Source of the DNA: the human T2T-CHM13v2.0 reference genome, Homo sapiens
Reading direction: 5' to 3' (one strand)
DNA: 64,000 nt
Assembly: GCF_009914755.1 (NCBI RefSeq)
Contig: NC_060942.1
Positions 36,894-55,457 of the stretch are shown piece by piece. The position numbers were made by a program, and so were the translations under genes. A model generated the notes under the pieces. It ran no database searches. It saw only the letters and a list, made by a program, of their open reading frames with translations, and was not told the DNA's origin. Each line of letters starts with the position of its first letter. The first letter of the stretch is position 1.

Positions 36894-38299
36894 TAGCTTG
36901 GATTACAGGCATGCACCACCATGCCTGGCTAATTTTGCATTTTTAATAGAGATGGGGTTTCTCCATGTTGGTCAGGCTGGTCTTGAACTCCCAGCCTCAG
37001 GTGATCTGCCCGCCTCAGCCTCCCAAAATGTTGGGATTACAGGCGTGAGCCATCGCGCCCGACCAAAAGAGCATTTCTAACTAAAATATTCGTAATTCAG
37101 AATTAGTTTACCCCCAAAATCAGTATTGTATATAGTATTTAGATTCTTAGATTAGCCAACAAAATTCTGCCTCAAACATTTCTCCCATAAATTAAAATAC
37201 TAGTAATTTAATGAACCAAATCAAAACAAAGACTCCAATCCTACCTTCTTGAGCGCTGGCATTTGAGGGAAAGCACTCATTCATTCAGTAACTGTTTATC
37301 GAGTGCCCACTCAGCCTGGGTCTGCTGATGTCTCTTTCTTTAATGGAAGCCTTCCCCACCCCCACCCCGGAAAAAATACCATCTGTTTGTGGCCAGGTGA
37401 GGGTGGGGTTTGGAGGGTAAGGAATGGAAGGGTTGCTGGAGCCTGTCTGCAGATCCTGTGTGGATTAGGGAGCACCTGGAACAGCCGCCTTTTGTCCCAG
37501 CTGTGGGTGGCAGCTGCAGGGCTCAGGTGGTATCTGTGGAGGGCCTGCTGCCAGTCCCAGGGCAGGAGTGCCCTCATAGCTCAGCTTCAGTGCTGGGCAT
37601 GGCCGGCGGTGAATGATCTGGACCTCCTGAGGGCAGGCAGGTTGCTTTGGTGTGGAGCCAGGTGTTTTGCAGAAAGTGCTTTAAGGTGTAAAATGAGAGT
37701 TTCCATGGAAGAAAAGGGACACTTGGACCTGGATTCTGGCTGAGAGATTTCCTGGGTGAGCGGAGAATTTGAAAGTGGTGACACAGAACTGGGTCCATTG
37801 AGTGCAGTAATGTGATAGGATTTGTTTCCCCCGACTTTGGGAGTGGCTTTATTTTGTCATGGAGCACACCTGGTTTGGCACTGTCCTGCCCGGGCAGTGA
37901 GGCCTGACGGGACATGACCGAAGTTTGGCTGTGTTTGGGTGTGTGGCACAACAAGGACAAACTGCTCTGATCCCCAGCAGTGAGTCAGGGACAGGAGCAG
38001 AATCCCGGTCACGTCCTGCCCTGAGCCAGGCTTGCCAGCCCTGGCAGCCTCGCCTGCTGTTACATAAACGGCAGGCCATGAATTCCAGGTGTCGGCACCC
38101 CCCTGCATCCAGAGGGCTCACTCCTGCAGCTTCCCTTTCCAAAGCAGCATTATTTAAAAGTTGCTTTCTCCAAGAAAATGGTATTTCTATCGTTGCGATT
38201 GCAGCAGTTAGACGATTAATGAAGCATTTTTTCCCTCCAAACATTGAGTGTTCCCAGTTTGGAGTCATTTTGCTTTTCTTTTTGGTTGAATGATGGTGA

Positions 38300-38330
<31 letters not shown>

Positions 38331-38777
38331 AACAGGGACTTGCTCTGTCCTCCAGGCTGGAATGTGGTGGCGCAATCATGGCTGACAGCAGCCTTGAACC
38401 CCTGGGCTCAACCAATCCTCCCACCTCAGCCTCCTGAGTAGCTGCAACTACAGGCCTGTGCCACCATGCCCAGCTACTTTTAATTTTTTTTTTTTTTGCA
38501 GAGATGGAGTCTCACCATCTTGCCCAGGCTGGTCTGGAACTCATGGCCTCAGGTGATCCTTGTTCCCTAGCCTCCCAAAGTGCTGGCATTACAGGCACGA
38601 TCCACTGTGCCCGGTCCATCCTTAGTTTTCAACATAGATATCAAAAAAGCATTCAGCATGAACCAGTCGAAAGATGATCCTTACTCTGAGAAAGAAAGGC
38701 TCACGTTGGAAGCCTGTACTCCTTAGTTAGAACCAAGACTTGATTTTTCTGGTGACAGGAAATTCTTTTTATTGCAG

Positions 38778-38886
38778 ATCTCTCAAAGGCCTTGGTTCTG
38801 ACAGAAATTGGCCCCAAACGTGACCCTGCGACCCTGAAGCTGTTCCTGAGTAACATGGAGCGGCTGCTGCATGCCAAGGCGCATGG
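38778..38886 (+). CDS. IMPA2: IMPA2 coding exon 6 (109 bp)
   Basis: tttattgcag|ATCTC...CATGG|gtagga; (D)LSKALVLTEIGPKRDPATLKLFLSNMERLLHAKAH(G). Confidence 0.97.
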
Positions 38887-39576
38887 GTAGGAGGTTCAGT
38901 TCGGGGAACACCCTGCAGCCCGAGGAGGAAGAACGGAACACGGACTTGCTAAAACTCCCCTGGGATTTGAGGAGGAAGCCTGACGTGGAAAGAGTGGGAG
39001 GGGCACATGAACATCAGACTCAGGGAAGCCCTGTGAGGGGCCCGCCTGCAGTAGATACTCCTATAGCCAGGCCTCTGGAGATGCGTGGGCACCTGTGTTG
39101 CTTCTGATCAGAATCCATGGAACTGACCTCATGCTGCTCAACCAGCGAATGGTGCAAATACTTACAGTCCTTCCCGAGGGGGCCTGGCGTCAGACAGGTT
39201 TATCAAAGCCCAGTGAATCCTCTTTGTCTCTTGCCTTCCCAGTAGGGCTGTGCTGTGAGCCCTAGCCATGTGAGACCACTGACACTTAATGTCACGTTCA
39301 GTAGAGGAGGATTCAATTCTCTGGTTGCTGCATCTCAGGTGCTCAGTAGCTAGGTCAGCTGGGAGCTGTCATGGCACAAGGCATTTGCGTCTGGCGGAGG
39401 CCTGTTGGTTGGTGGCTCCAGGCCCTATATTCAGCCTCCAGAGCTTTGGCAGAAGTGCTGTGCTTCATTTTTCACTAGGGAAAATGCCCAGCCGGGGTAC
39501 CTGGCTGAAGTCGGCTTGCACACCACAGAAAAGGCTCCACTCCCGCCTGCATCTGTCCTCCCTTCCCTCTCCCCAG

Positions 39577-39728
39577 GGTCCGAGTGATTGGAAGCTCCAC
39601 ATTGGCACTCTGCCACCTGGCCTCAGGGGCCGCGGATGCCTATTACCAGTTTGGCCTGCACTGCTGGGATCTGGCGGCTGCCACAGTCATCATCAGAGAA
39701 GCAGGCGGCATCGTGATAGACACTTCGG
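39577..39728 (+). CDS. IMPA2: IMPA2 coding exon 7 (152 bp), with the WDLAAA motif
   Basis: ctccccag|GGTC...TCGG|gtgagc; VRVIGSSTLALCHLASGAADAYYQFGLHCWDLAAATVIIREAGGIVIDTS; second IMPase family signature. Confidence 0.98.
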
Positions 39729-40088
39729 GTGAGCTCTCCTGTCCCTGAAATGCAGCGGCAGAAACTAGACTGAGAGACACTGTGGGTGGGGCACTTCCTG
39801 AAGTCCCCACCAACTGAATTTCCCACCTTCCCCAGAGTTTCTGTTTTTTTTTTTTTTTTTTTTTTTTTGAGACGGGGTCTTGGTGTCACACAGGATGGAG
39901 TGCAGTGGTACAATCTCGGCTCACTGCAACCATCCTACTCACGGGTTCAAGCAATTCTCCTGCCTCAGCCTCCTGAGTAGCTGTGATTACAGGTGCGTGC
40001 TACCATGCCTGGCTAATTTTTTGTATTTTTATTAGAGACGGGGTTTCATGGTGTCAGCCAGGATGCTCTTGATCTCCTGACCTCGTGA

Positions 40089-40486
<398 letters not shown>

Positions 40487-41077
40487 TGATTTTACCACTA
40501 GAGCACCTGAAGGCTCACGTATGTGCAAGCAGGTCTCCAGCCCATGCATCCAGAGCTGTTTCATATCCCTCAGGAAGATGCAAGGCTTTATCATCTTGCC
40601 CGAGCTTCTTCGAGTGTGGGTCCCGCAGCAGCGGTGCACCCCCAGGAGCTTGTGGGCAGGTAGCCTCAGCCCCACCCAGACCTGTTGAGGCAGAGCCTTG
40701 GTTTCACAAGCCCCTGGCTGACCCCTGTGCACAGTCAAGCTTGAGAAGGGCAGCTCCCCTGTTCGGGTCTAGCCCATTGCTTGCATTTCTTAGGACTTTT
40801 ATGTTCTCCATCTCTTAAGGCAGTGGCAGCTTCAGAGCCGCACTCTGTTCTGTGCAGCCCTTGACTGCATTCACACTGGGGTGGGGCGGGAGAGGCTCCA
40901 TCCCTCTATTCTTTGCCGAATTCACTCCTAGACCACCTGTTTAATACGAGTGTTGGGGCTTGGGCACGGTTCCATGTGCCATTTCCTGTGCTGTGTGCAT
41001 GTGGGATAAGTTGTTACACAACATTGTTCAGCCCTCTCTGGTAACCCGGATGCCTGGCTCTCTCTGTCTGTCCCCAG

Positions 41078-41193
41078 GTGGACCCCTCGACCTCATGGCT
41101 TGCAGAGTGGTTGCGGCCAGCACCCGGGAGATGGCGATGCTCATAGCTCAGGCCTTACAGACGATTAACTATGGGCGGGATGATGAGAAGTGA
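41078..41193 (+). CDS. IMPA2: IMPA2 terminal coding exon 8 (116 bp to stop)
   Basis: tccccag|GTGGA...GAGAAG TGA; (G)GPLDLMACRVVAASTREMAMLIAQALQTINYGRDDEK*. Confidence 0.98.
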
Positions 41194-41593
41194 CTGCGGC
41201 TGAGGCAAAGCTGCTCCCAAGGCCTCCCTGGGCTGCTGTGGGCTCCTGGGGAGGTGGCCCTCGTGGCCCACGCTCCATGCCAGTGGCTCACGCTCTGCTC
41301 CTGGCTACCCCAGAGGGAGTTGTCACGCTACAGTGAGTGGCTGGCCTTTTAAATCGACGTCTCTCTCACCAGGATTTGGTGTTTAGCTGTTTCTCTCTTT
41401 AATCTCACGTAGCCTTTTTCAGGTTAGTACGTGTTCTTCTGTCAGGGCCAAAACTCAAATCTCCTGTGAAATACGTATTGATAATCCAATCTTGATTTTT
41501 CCCCCCAGAATATAAATCTCAGGTAATAAGGCTTTAGAACTGCTGATAAAGCGGATCGTTCTCAGGCCCTCCCCCCGGAGTACTTCAGAATGC

Positions 41594-41599
41594 AATAAA
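41594..41599 (+). terminator. Polyadenylation signal of IMPA2
   Basis: AATAAA ~400 nt after the stop, followed by a GT/T-rich downstream element (tgtgtgtatctgtttc, ~41615-41630). Confidence 0.8.
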
Positions 41600-41710
41600 T
41601 CAAAATAATGGCCCTGTGTGTATCTGTTTCCTCTATAAGCATGTCGCCTGATTCCCAAACAACTCTGTGGCTCTCATCCACTGCTGTGGATCTATGCTCT
41701 CAGGAAGCTT

Positions 41711-41776
41711 TGCGAATGAAACCCAAAGTCCATGCGAATGAAACCCAAAGTCCATGCGAATGAAACCCAAAGTCCA
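41711..41776. repeat. Perfect 22-bp tandem repeat x3 (TGCGAATGAAACCCAAAGTCCA)
   Basis: Units at 41711, 41733 and 41755. Confidence 0.97.
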
Positions 41777-41909
41777 GTGTGTGCCAGCTGCTGCCTCTGA
41801 TGAATACCCTGAAGGCGACCCCAGTAATATCATGTGAGTGTTCAGAAGCCAAGACATGGGACAGACAGAAGGAAACTAATCTCTGAAAGCTGTTGTTTCT
41901 GTGATCAGC

Positions 41910-43545
<1,636 letters not shown>

Positions 43546-44270
43546 AAACAAAAAGAAAGAACTGCTCCCCTCCCCAACCTCAGGAAAGGCCCTCCCAGCC
43601 CTTGGGTCAGGACAGCAGGAGGCCCTGAGGGAGCTTGAGCTGACTCCTGCTTCTGCTTCTGCTTCTGCTCTGTCCGGAGTCTCAGGCTGCCTTTAGCAAG
43701 TATTCCGCATGAGCGTCATCCCTGCGGCTTCAGGAGAAGCAGAGTGAACCTTGGAGAAAAGAGAGGCACCCAAGGTGGGGACCTGCGGGCTTGCCTCATT
43801 CATCCCTGGACAAGCCTCCCAGAAACGAAATGGGCTGCTCACCTCTGTGATCCTCAGAGTTAGCAAAACTGCTTGCTATGTCATTTAGACCTCTTACAAA
43901 ATGATATTCATCTATCACTGGTGATGACATTCATTCTGAATTCCACTCATAGGCTTCAGGATACTTGCCCTCATTTTTTTTTCCCTTCATTTCAACAGTT
44001 TTCACTGAGTGTCTTGTGGACATGAGTCATCAAATGTTTTGCTGCCTTTATGATCCAATCCCAAATAAAAAGTAAAACATTTGTCCTAGTGCATCACTGT
44101 CACCACTCAGACCAGGAGTCAGGACGCGGATTGATGTTCAGGTAGCTGTGTGGCCTTGAGAGGGCCATGTCAGCTCTCTTTTGGTGCCAGGTGAAGTCTG
44201 TACTGGGGGTCTGGCTGCCTCCCTCACAGGGTTGGGAGCATGTCCCAGGACGACACCTAGGAGAGTACCA

Positions 44271-44750
44271 TGAAACCAGAGAATGACGGAGGCAGTCTCA
44301 GTCAGCGTTGAGATTTATTTTGCCAAGATTGAGGATGTGCCTGGGAAAAGGACACAAGCCACTGTAGGATCTGTGGTCTGCACTTTTTTCCAAAAAGGAT
44401 TTTGGGCGCTTCAGTATTTAAAGAGGAAAGAAAACAAAAGAGGGTATGGTCTCATCCTTGATTAGAGCTCGTTAATCCACATACTGCAGGCAAGGAGGGG
44501 GAAGCGGAACAGTGGGTTACATGGGGGAGACGGTATTTTTCCTCTCCTCTCATCCCTCACCGGGAAGATATGCTGTTAATTTACATCGTCTGGGTGAGAG
44601 AGGCCACCTGGGAAGACACTGCCTTCTATCTCTAGCCATTCTGTTGAGGAACAAAAGGAAGGTCGGTGTTCCTCCTGACTCAGCTTCCAAGCTTACCTTT
44701 TCCCTTGGGCATAGTGAGTTTGGGGGTCTCCAGATTTTACTTTCCATACA
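44271..44750 (-). mobile_element. MER4-family solo LTR (ERV1)
   Basis: TG...CA ends; the reverse complement starts tgtatggaaagtaaaatctgggagacccccaaactcactatgcccaagggaaaagg, like the recalled MER4 5' end. Confidence 0.7.
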
Positions 44751-45679
44751 CATCAACTGTGGTTGGTTTTTTGTTGTTTTTGTTTTTTACAGTTAAATAT
44801 ATTATTAAAGCATGAAAAGATCATGATGTCTCCAATAACCAAATGTTATTCAAGAAAACTAGAAATATTTAGATTATACCACAGCTTAGACAGGCTTTGC
44901 CTGATTTATTAAGCCATTTACAATCAGTTCTATCATCCATACCCAGGACTTCCGGGCTGGAAAAATACATCCTATAGCTTTCCCAGTAGGAACCACATTC
45001 ATCATTGCTTTTTTCTGTGGAGGCAATGTATAAATAGAGCAGCTTTTTGAAAACATAAGCAGAGGCCCAAATCAGTGGCCTAAAACTTGGATGATCTGGG
45101 GAGGCACCAGGCCATCTGAACCAGCGCTTTGTCCCCAGCAGATGTTGGGACATGCAGGGGCTATGCATGTCAGCACAGGGGGCCACTCAGCAGCCGGGTA
45201 AACTTGAGGTACTGGCCTAGCCTCTCTGTGCCCCTCTGTAAAATGAATTAAACTGCACTCCTCCCAGGACTGTGTGGATCAAATGAAATAGTGCATGCAC
45301 GTGACCACATCAAACAGATGGACAAGAAGAGCAGAAAGACTGCAGGAGCCAGGACAGAGGACCCAGAGTCAAGGGCTTCTCACCCCAACTGCTTCTTGCC
45401 TCTTTCTCTGCCCTGGACTTCCTTTCCCAGTTTCAGCCCCACAAATTGCTTCCTCTTTGTGTGAGTGAAGGCTTCAGGGTGGAGTGAAGCTAGTCACTTG
45501 TAGAGGCCCCTGTAGAGGAAGATGAAGATGAGAAGTCCATGTAGATGGCATCACCGAGTGCCAGGACTGGATGCCCCAAACACCACAAGCCATGTCGCAT
45601 CCTGGGGGTCGCCTGGGCAGGCCTCTCTACCATTTAGTCACTGCAGTCAGCTACAGCCCACAGCAGATCTAAAACAAAA

Positions 45680-48714
<3,035 letters not shown>

Positions 48715-48999
48715 TTAATAAAATCAATATTCGTATGCAAAAGTTTAACAATGTTTCCCTTTTTGCATTATTTGAACTAAATGCAGTTGGCCTTCTACCT
48801 GTTCTCCTGGCAGAAGGCGAAGGTGGAATGTCCCAGCTGCCTACTAGGCAATAGTGCCTATGGCGAAAACAGCTCCTGGCTGGCAGGGGGAAGCTGATTT
48901 GGGAGGCGCCATCACTAAGTAATGGAAGAGAGCTATGCTATGGGTGTGGTGATTCCTGCTAGGGGCACCCTGGGGCTCCTGGAGAGACTGGTTTCTGCA

Positions 49000-50100
49000 G
49001 GGAATGAGCTTCCAGGCCAGGCGGCCTCCACACGTGGAGATGTGAGTGGGCTCTGTCCTCCCTCGCAGCCGGCTGTGTGGACTCTGTAAGGGCTCCTGAG
49101 GAAGAGGAATCCGGGGGACCGGTTCCTGTCCTGCAGCCTCAGGGTGGGCCGCTGCCAGGCGCGTCCCTGCACGCGTAGAAGGAAGGCGCTTTCAGACGCG
49201 AGGGCGGCTTCGTCATCTCCTCCCGGTGGGTGCGTGCTGCCAGCGCGGCCTTTAGATGCTTTGGGCTCCGACTCTGTCTCCCTCTTCTTCAAATCATGAG
49301 GGCACTCGGGCACCCCGGTGTGAGAGGCAGGTGGTCCCAGAGTCCGTGTCACCTGGGTCACATCTCCAAGGCCCCAGGCCGCCCCCGGGCGGCCCGCCCC
49401 CAGTCCCCGCAGCCCGGAGCAGGATGGGCCCGGGCTGGACTGAGGGGCTGGGGCGCCCGTCTGCCCTGATGGGCGCAGCTGTCTGGGACCACGCGGTGCC
49501 CCGGGTCGGCCCCCAGCGTCGCCATCACCTCCCCCAAGACGTCCCCACGCGGCGGCCACACTGCGCTCCAACGACCCGCGCTCTCGGACCCGGTCACACT
49601 GACGGCGGTGACTCCCGAGTTCCCGGGACCAAGCGGGCCCGCCCTGGGAGCCTGAGCTTTCTCCTCACTCTCAGGGAGCCCTGGGCTGCGAGGCGACAGC
49701 ACAACGGGAACAGACTCGCCGGGACCAGCCACCACTTGGGGTTGTCTCTGCAACCCACGCTCCGCGCCGCCCTGACCCGGTACCGGCCCGCGCGGCGGTA
49801 TAGGCGGGCGCTGGGTGCTGGTCGCTGGGCGCGGAGGCTTTCTTTGCCAAGGGCAGCGCGCCCCCTGCTGTCCGAGCGGAAGAACTGCGCAGCACGCGAG
49901 GCCGCAGACGCCCTCTGGTCAGGGCCCTGCAGAATGGCTTGGGCTTGGGACTCGTCCTGCGCCCTTGGGCGAGGCCATTTGTCCCTGGGTCGGGAGGAGC
50001 TTAACCGTGGGGCTCGGCTGTATCCGCGAATGGCAGGGGCACAGGACAGCGGGGACTGTGACGGAACACATGCCGTTATTCCATGCGTTGTGCCGTGCTG
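49000..50100. promoter_or_regulatory. Orphan CpG island with GC boxes and CTCF-like motifs
   Basis: Very GC- and CpG-rich non-repeat sequence; GGCCCGCCCC at 49391; CTCF-like 19-mer at 49856-49874. Confidence 0.85.
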
Positions 50101-50232
50101 TGAGTGCATAACCAAAAAATACCAACTCAGTCCATGGCTAAAGTAAGGATATGCAATAAAAATTTAAGCCTGATGAGAAAAAAAGTGAGAAAACTAGTTC
50201 ACCCAGAGTTTAATCAAGTTTTTGACAAGAGG

Positions 50233-51102
50233 GTGTTGTTTTTGTTTTTTAAATTGAAACAGGATTTGGGGGCTGAGTTATTGCATGCAGCAGGGTTAAA
50301 CAAATTTACATTTTATCAAAATAAAAAGATGCTTAAAGAATACATTGATAGGCCGGCACGTTGGCTCACACTTGTAATCCCAACACTTTGGGAGGCCGAG
50401 GCAGGCGAATCACCTGAGGTCAGGAGTTCAAGACCAGGCTGGCCAACATAGTGAAACCCCATCTCTACTGCAAATACAAAAATTAGCCAGGTGTGGTGGC
50501 AGACGCCTGTAGTCCCAGCTACTCAGGAGCATGAGTCAGGAGAGCCTCTTGAACCCAGGAGGCCAAGGCTGCAGGAGCTGAGATTGCGCCATTGGACTCC
50601 AGCCTGGGTGACAAGAGCAAAACTCCATCTCAAAAAACAAACACACAAAAAACAATGATAGCATATATTTTATCTCTTGTAGTACAAATCCTCATATTGA
50701 CTGTTGCAGAAAAATACCTGTAATGCCTTAAACAACAGTTTTAAGAAACATCAATGACCAGCAAGTTACAAACAAAATGCAGTGATCAACATATTTAACT
50801 GTCCATGTATGAAGCTTTTACAAACACATTCAGTCTTCACTGTCTGAGCAAATCAGTTTTAATTTCTTCATAGTCCTTCATCTGTCTTTTCACATGACAC
50901 TTGGCCAGTGGTGAATTTATAATGTAACAGTATTTTAGACCAGTTTCCCTCTCCATACTTCCTCATGCTAGATCTCAAATTCATGTCTTCTTCCCAAAGC
51001 CATGCCTGTTTTTTTTTTTCTTTTTTTTTTTTCTGGATAGATGTTTTTCAGCAGTCACTGGTTGACTTTGAGGTACTCTCTTGTTTTCTGTGGCTCTTCT
51101 GA
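50233..51102 (-). pseudogene. Processed pseudogene of TERF1 (TRF1), 5'-truncated: Myb/telobox domain plus 3' UTR
   Basis: The - strand reads RRATEN...QSQPVTAEKH...KQAWLWEEDMNLRSSMRKYGEGNWSKILLHYKF...KDR*RTMKKLKLICSDSED*, i.e. the TRF1 C-terminus. It is intronless with a frameshift and stops, has a decayed A-tail, and is flanked by the direct repeat TTTGACAAGAGG (50221-50232, 51103-51114). Confidence 0.93.
50351..50652 (+). mobile_element. AluS inserted in the TERF1 retrocopy 3' UTR
   Basis: Alu dimer flanked by acattgata/acaatgata. Confidence 0.92.
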
Positions 51103-51509
51103 TTTGACAAGAGGTTGTTTTTGTCTTTGTATGGCTACAACAGTAACTTTGGGAAACCATTTAATCAGGTTTGGCTAAGTATAAGATGGAATCTGAGTTA
51201 TGCTTCCGGACACTGACGTGTGCAATTTTGTGTTGGTAACAAGTATTGCCAATTAAATAAATATTTGAAGAACGGAGCCATGGCTTTATTTTCAAAATCT
51301 TCCCAGAACACTCAGAAAAATCTTATTTAACTCGACTGAACATGCCAATCATCATTTATTTAATATGTCCCAACTACATCAGTTACTAGCTATGAGAGAG
51401 ACCTTGGACAGGATTTTTACATTATCTGTGCCTCAGTGGCATCATCAGTGAAATAAAGATAATCATGGTACCTATTCATAGGTTAAGGATTAAGTGAGAG
51501 ATATATTGC

Positions 51510-52904
<1,395 letters not shown>

Positions 52905-53369
52905 CTAGCCAGGTGTGGTGGCATGTGCCTGCAGTTCCAGCTACTCAGGAGGCTGAGATGGGAAGATTGAGACTTGGGAGGTTGAGGCGATCTTTGTGTT
53001 TTTTTTTTTCTTTTGAGATGAGTCTCGCTGTGTCACTCAGGCAACAATATAGTGGTGATCAAAACTCACTGCAGCTATGTTGAGAGTCCCCACCCCAACA
53101 TAATGCACTGCTCCTTCTGTGCACCCAGCACTCGGCTGTGTTTCTACAGCATGGAACACTGATGACCTTGTGTACCTGTTTGTGTTCATGTTTGTCTCCC
53201 TTTGCTTCAAATTGTCAACTTCTTCAGGACAGGAATGATGTCATTATAATACTGTAACTCCAGCACCCAGCTCAGAACCTAACTATGGTAAACAAAAAAG
53301 TAATAAGAAACGTTTAATATAGGCACTCAATATGGCCAGGAATTGTGCTAAGTGCTTTATATACTGAAT

Positions 53370-55450
53370 ATACACCCCCAAATATGCCACTTTGGCATAA
53401 GGATTATTTTGAGCTGAGGAAACTGAGAATGGGCACATGCAGGACGAGCTGTCTGCCCTCCCCTTTTCTGTGTGAAAGCAGGGCATAAATTCCCCTGTGA
53501 AGGTGCCCCCTCTCTCCATGCCAGGAGGGGAGAGTGGCTCTTCTCACTGGAGAGGGAGTGAGCATGAACAAACCTTGCTAAACTCACCGTCACCTTCTGT
53601 TAGCATCCCCCATATGTTCCTAGCCACTTCTTCATGATTTCCCATCCATGAAGCCCAAACCTCCTATTCTCTGTTAAAATGGCAGGTAAGCCCGAGTCTA
53701 ACCACTTTTTTGAGTTTCACTTCTTTTCTGTAAATTCTCATGCACATAAAACATTTATTTAAACATTTTTGTTATTAATTTGTTTATTTTTGTAGAAATG
53801 GGGTATTGCTATGTTGCCCAGGCTGGTCTCAAACTCCTTGTCTCAAGCAATCCCCTGCCTCAGCCTCCCAAAGTGCTGGGATTTCAGATGTGAGCCACTG
53901 CACTCAGCCACGTAATTTTTTTTTTTTTTTTTTTTGAGACAGAGTCTCACTCTGTCGCCCAGGCTGGAGTGCAATAGCAGATCTCGGCACACTGCAACCT
54001 CCATCCCCAGGATTCTAGCGATTCTCCTACCTCAACCTCCCGAGTAGCTGGGATTACAGGCGCCTGCCACCATGCCTGGCTAATTTTTTTATATTTTTAG
54101 TAGAGATATGGTTTCACCATGTTGGCCAGGCTGGTCTTGAACTCCTGACCTCAGGTGATCCACCTGCCTCAGCCTCCCAAAGTGCTAGGATTACAGGCAT
54201 GAGCCACCGTGCCCAGTGATTTTTTTAAAAATATTTGCCTTTTTCCCTGTTAATTTGTTTTTTAAAAAAGTTTAATTCACAGGGCCCCAGGCAGTGAACA
54301 TAAGAGGATAGAGGAAAAGTTCTTCCAGTTAGAGAGTTTTGGCAGCCGCAAAGGAATGACTGGGGCTCACTCCTGAGGGTGCAACCAAGATCTCTCGACA
54401 CTGACCACGCTGACGAAAGGAGGAATTCTTACCACACCAGCCCCCCACAATTCTGCTCAGAATCTGGTCGAGCGAGAGTGGTAAAAAGTCTATCTTTGTA
54501 TTTCCCTTTCCAAATTCGAGTTAGTAGAAGAACATCTTTGGAAGAGCTCGTTCTTTGGGTGACCCTTGTGAACTCGGTTTTCAGCACTCATGTGTTGGGT
54601 CCTTTCCTCCCAGGGACAGCCATTGTTTTCCTCTGTCTTTTCTGTCATTGGTCACAGGGGAGAGCACAGGCACAGGTCCCAGCAGCGGGTGAGCTTACGG
54701 TTCTCCCAGCAGCCTCTGCTCCACCCGGCCTCACACACTGGTGATCTTACGGTTCTCACTGGACCAGCATCTGTTTGGACCCATTTTGCTGTGGGTCACC
54801 AATTTCTGAAAAGTCCAGTGAAATTCTCCTTCTGTTTTATTGTGTGTCCTGACAGCATGGCATGGATCTGGTGAGAGAGTTCTCTCCCTGGCTTTCTGCT
54901 GGCTGGAGCACGGATCCCTGGCCTGCATGTGGATGTGACTGGCTGTCAGGAAAGGGCTGCACGAGGAACATTTTCTGTCCGACTGTTCCAGCTCTCAGGG
55001 GACTTTGTCTCAATAAGGTCTCTCAGCCCATAAGGGACCTCTGTCATCTGTCCCCTCGTTGCCTTATTGACCAAGAAAGTCTCATCTCAGTATCACCAGT
55101 CTGGTGTCACGGATTAGCAGGTTTGTGTGACTGGAGGCAGCTCAGGATTGTGGGAGACCAGAGACAAGTTTGCAGAAACACTGTTCTTAATGCCTGTGAC
55201 AACGAGGGCTTGTGCTTTCTTTCTCTCTGGCCATCTTTGGGAGTTGACTCTGGATTAAGGAAGCTGCAGCTTCTGCACCCTTCATGGGGACACCTGGGCT
55301 ATCCATGGTTCAGCCATAAAAAGGCCTATTGGTTTTAAGTCACGTATACAAAAGGTATATTTCTGGGGCTATCCTTTGGTTTGGAAAAACTTTCGCATTT
55401 GAAAGGATTTTTAGAGAACTTTCATCCTAAACAAGTAACTATTGGGACCT
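53370..55450 (+). mobile_element. ERV1 remnant (MER31-like 5' LTR with nested Alus ~53770-54216, then 5' internal region)
   Basis: cacccccaaatatgccactttggcataaggattattttgagctg LTR start; ttttggcagccg PBS-like start of internal sequence at ~54337. Confidence 0.55.
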
Positions 55451-55457
55451 AGGGGAA

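Noticed and set aside
41711-41776. Short repeat array as a possible CRISPR
   Set aside because: Eukaryotic DNA; the units are directly tandem with no spacers.
48838-48860. Alternating TGCCTA/TAGGCA/TGCCTA mini-palindrome
   Set aside because: 6-bp arms are too short to exceed chance in 64 kb.
48933-50146. Long overlapping ORFs (296, 212 and 173 aa) in the CpG island
   Set aside because: Arg/Pro/Gly/Ala-rich, present on both strands, non-ATG starts, no recognisable domain; expected in stop-poor GC-rich DNA.
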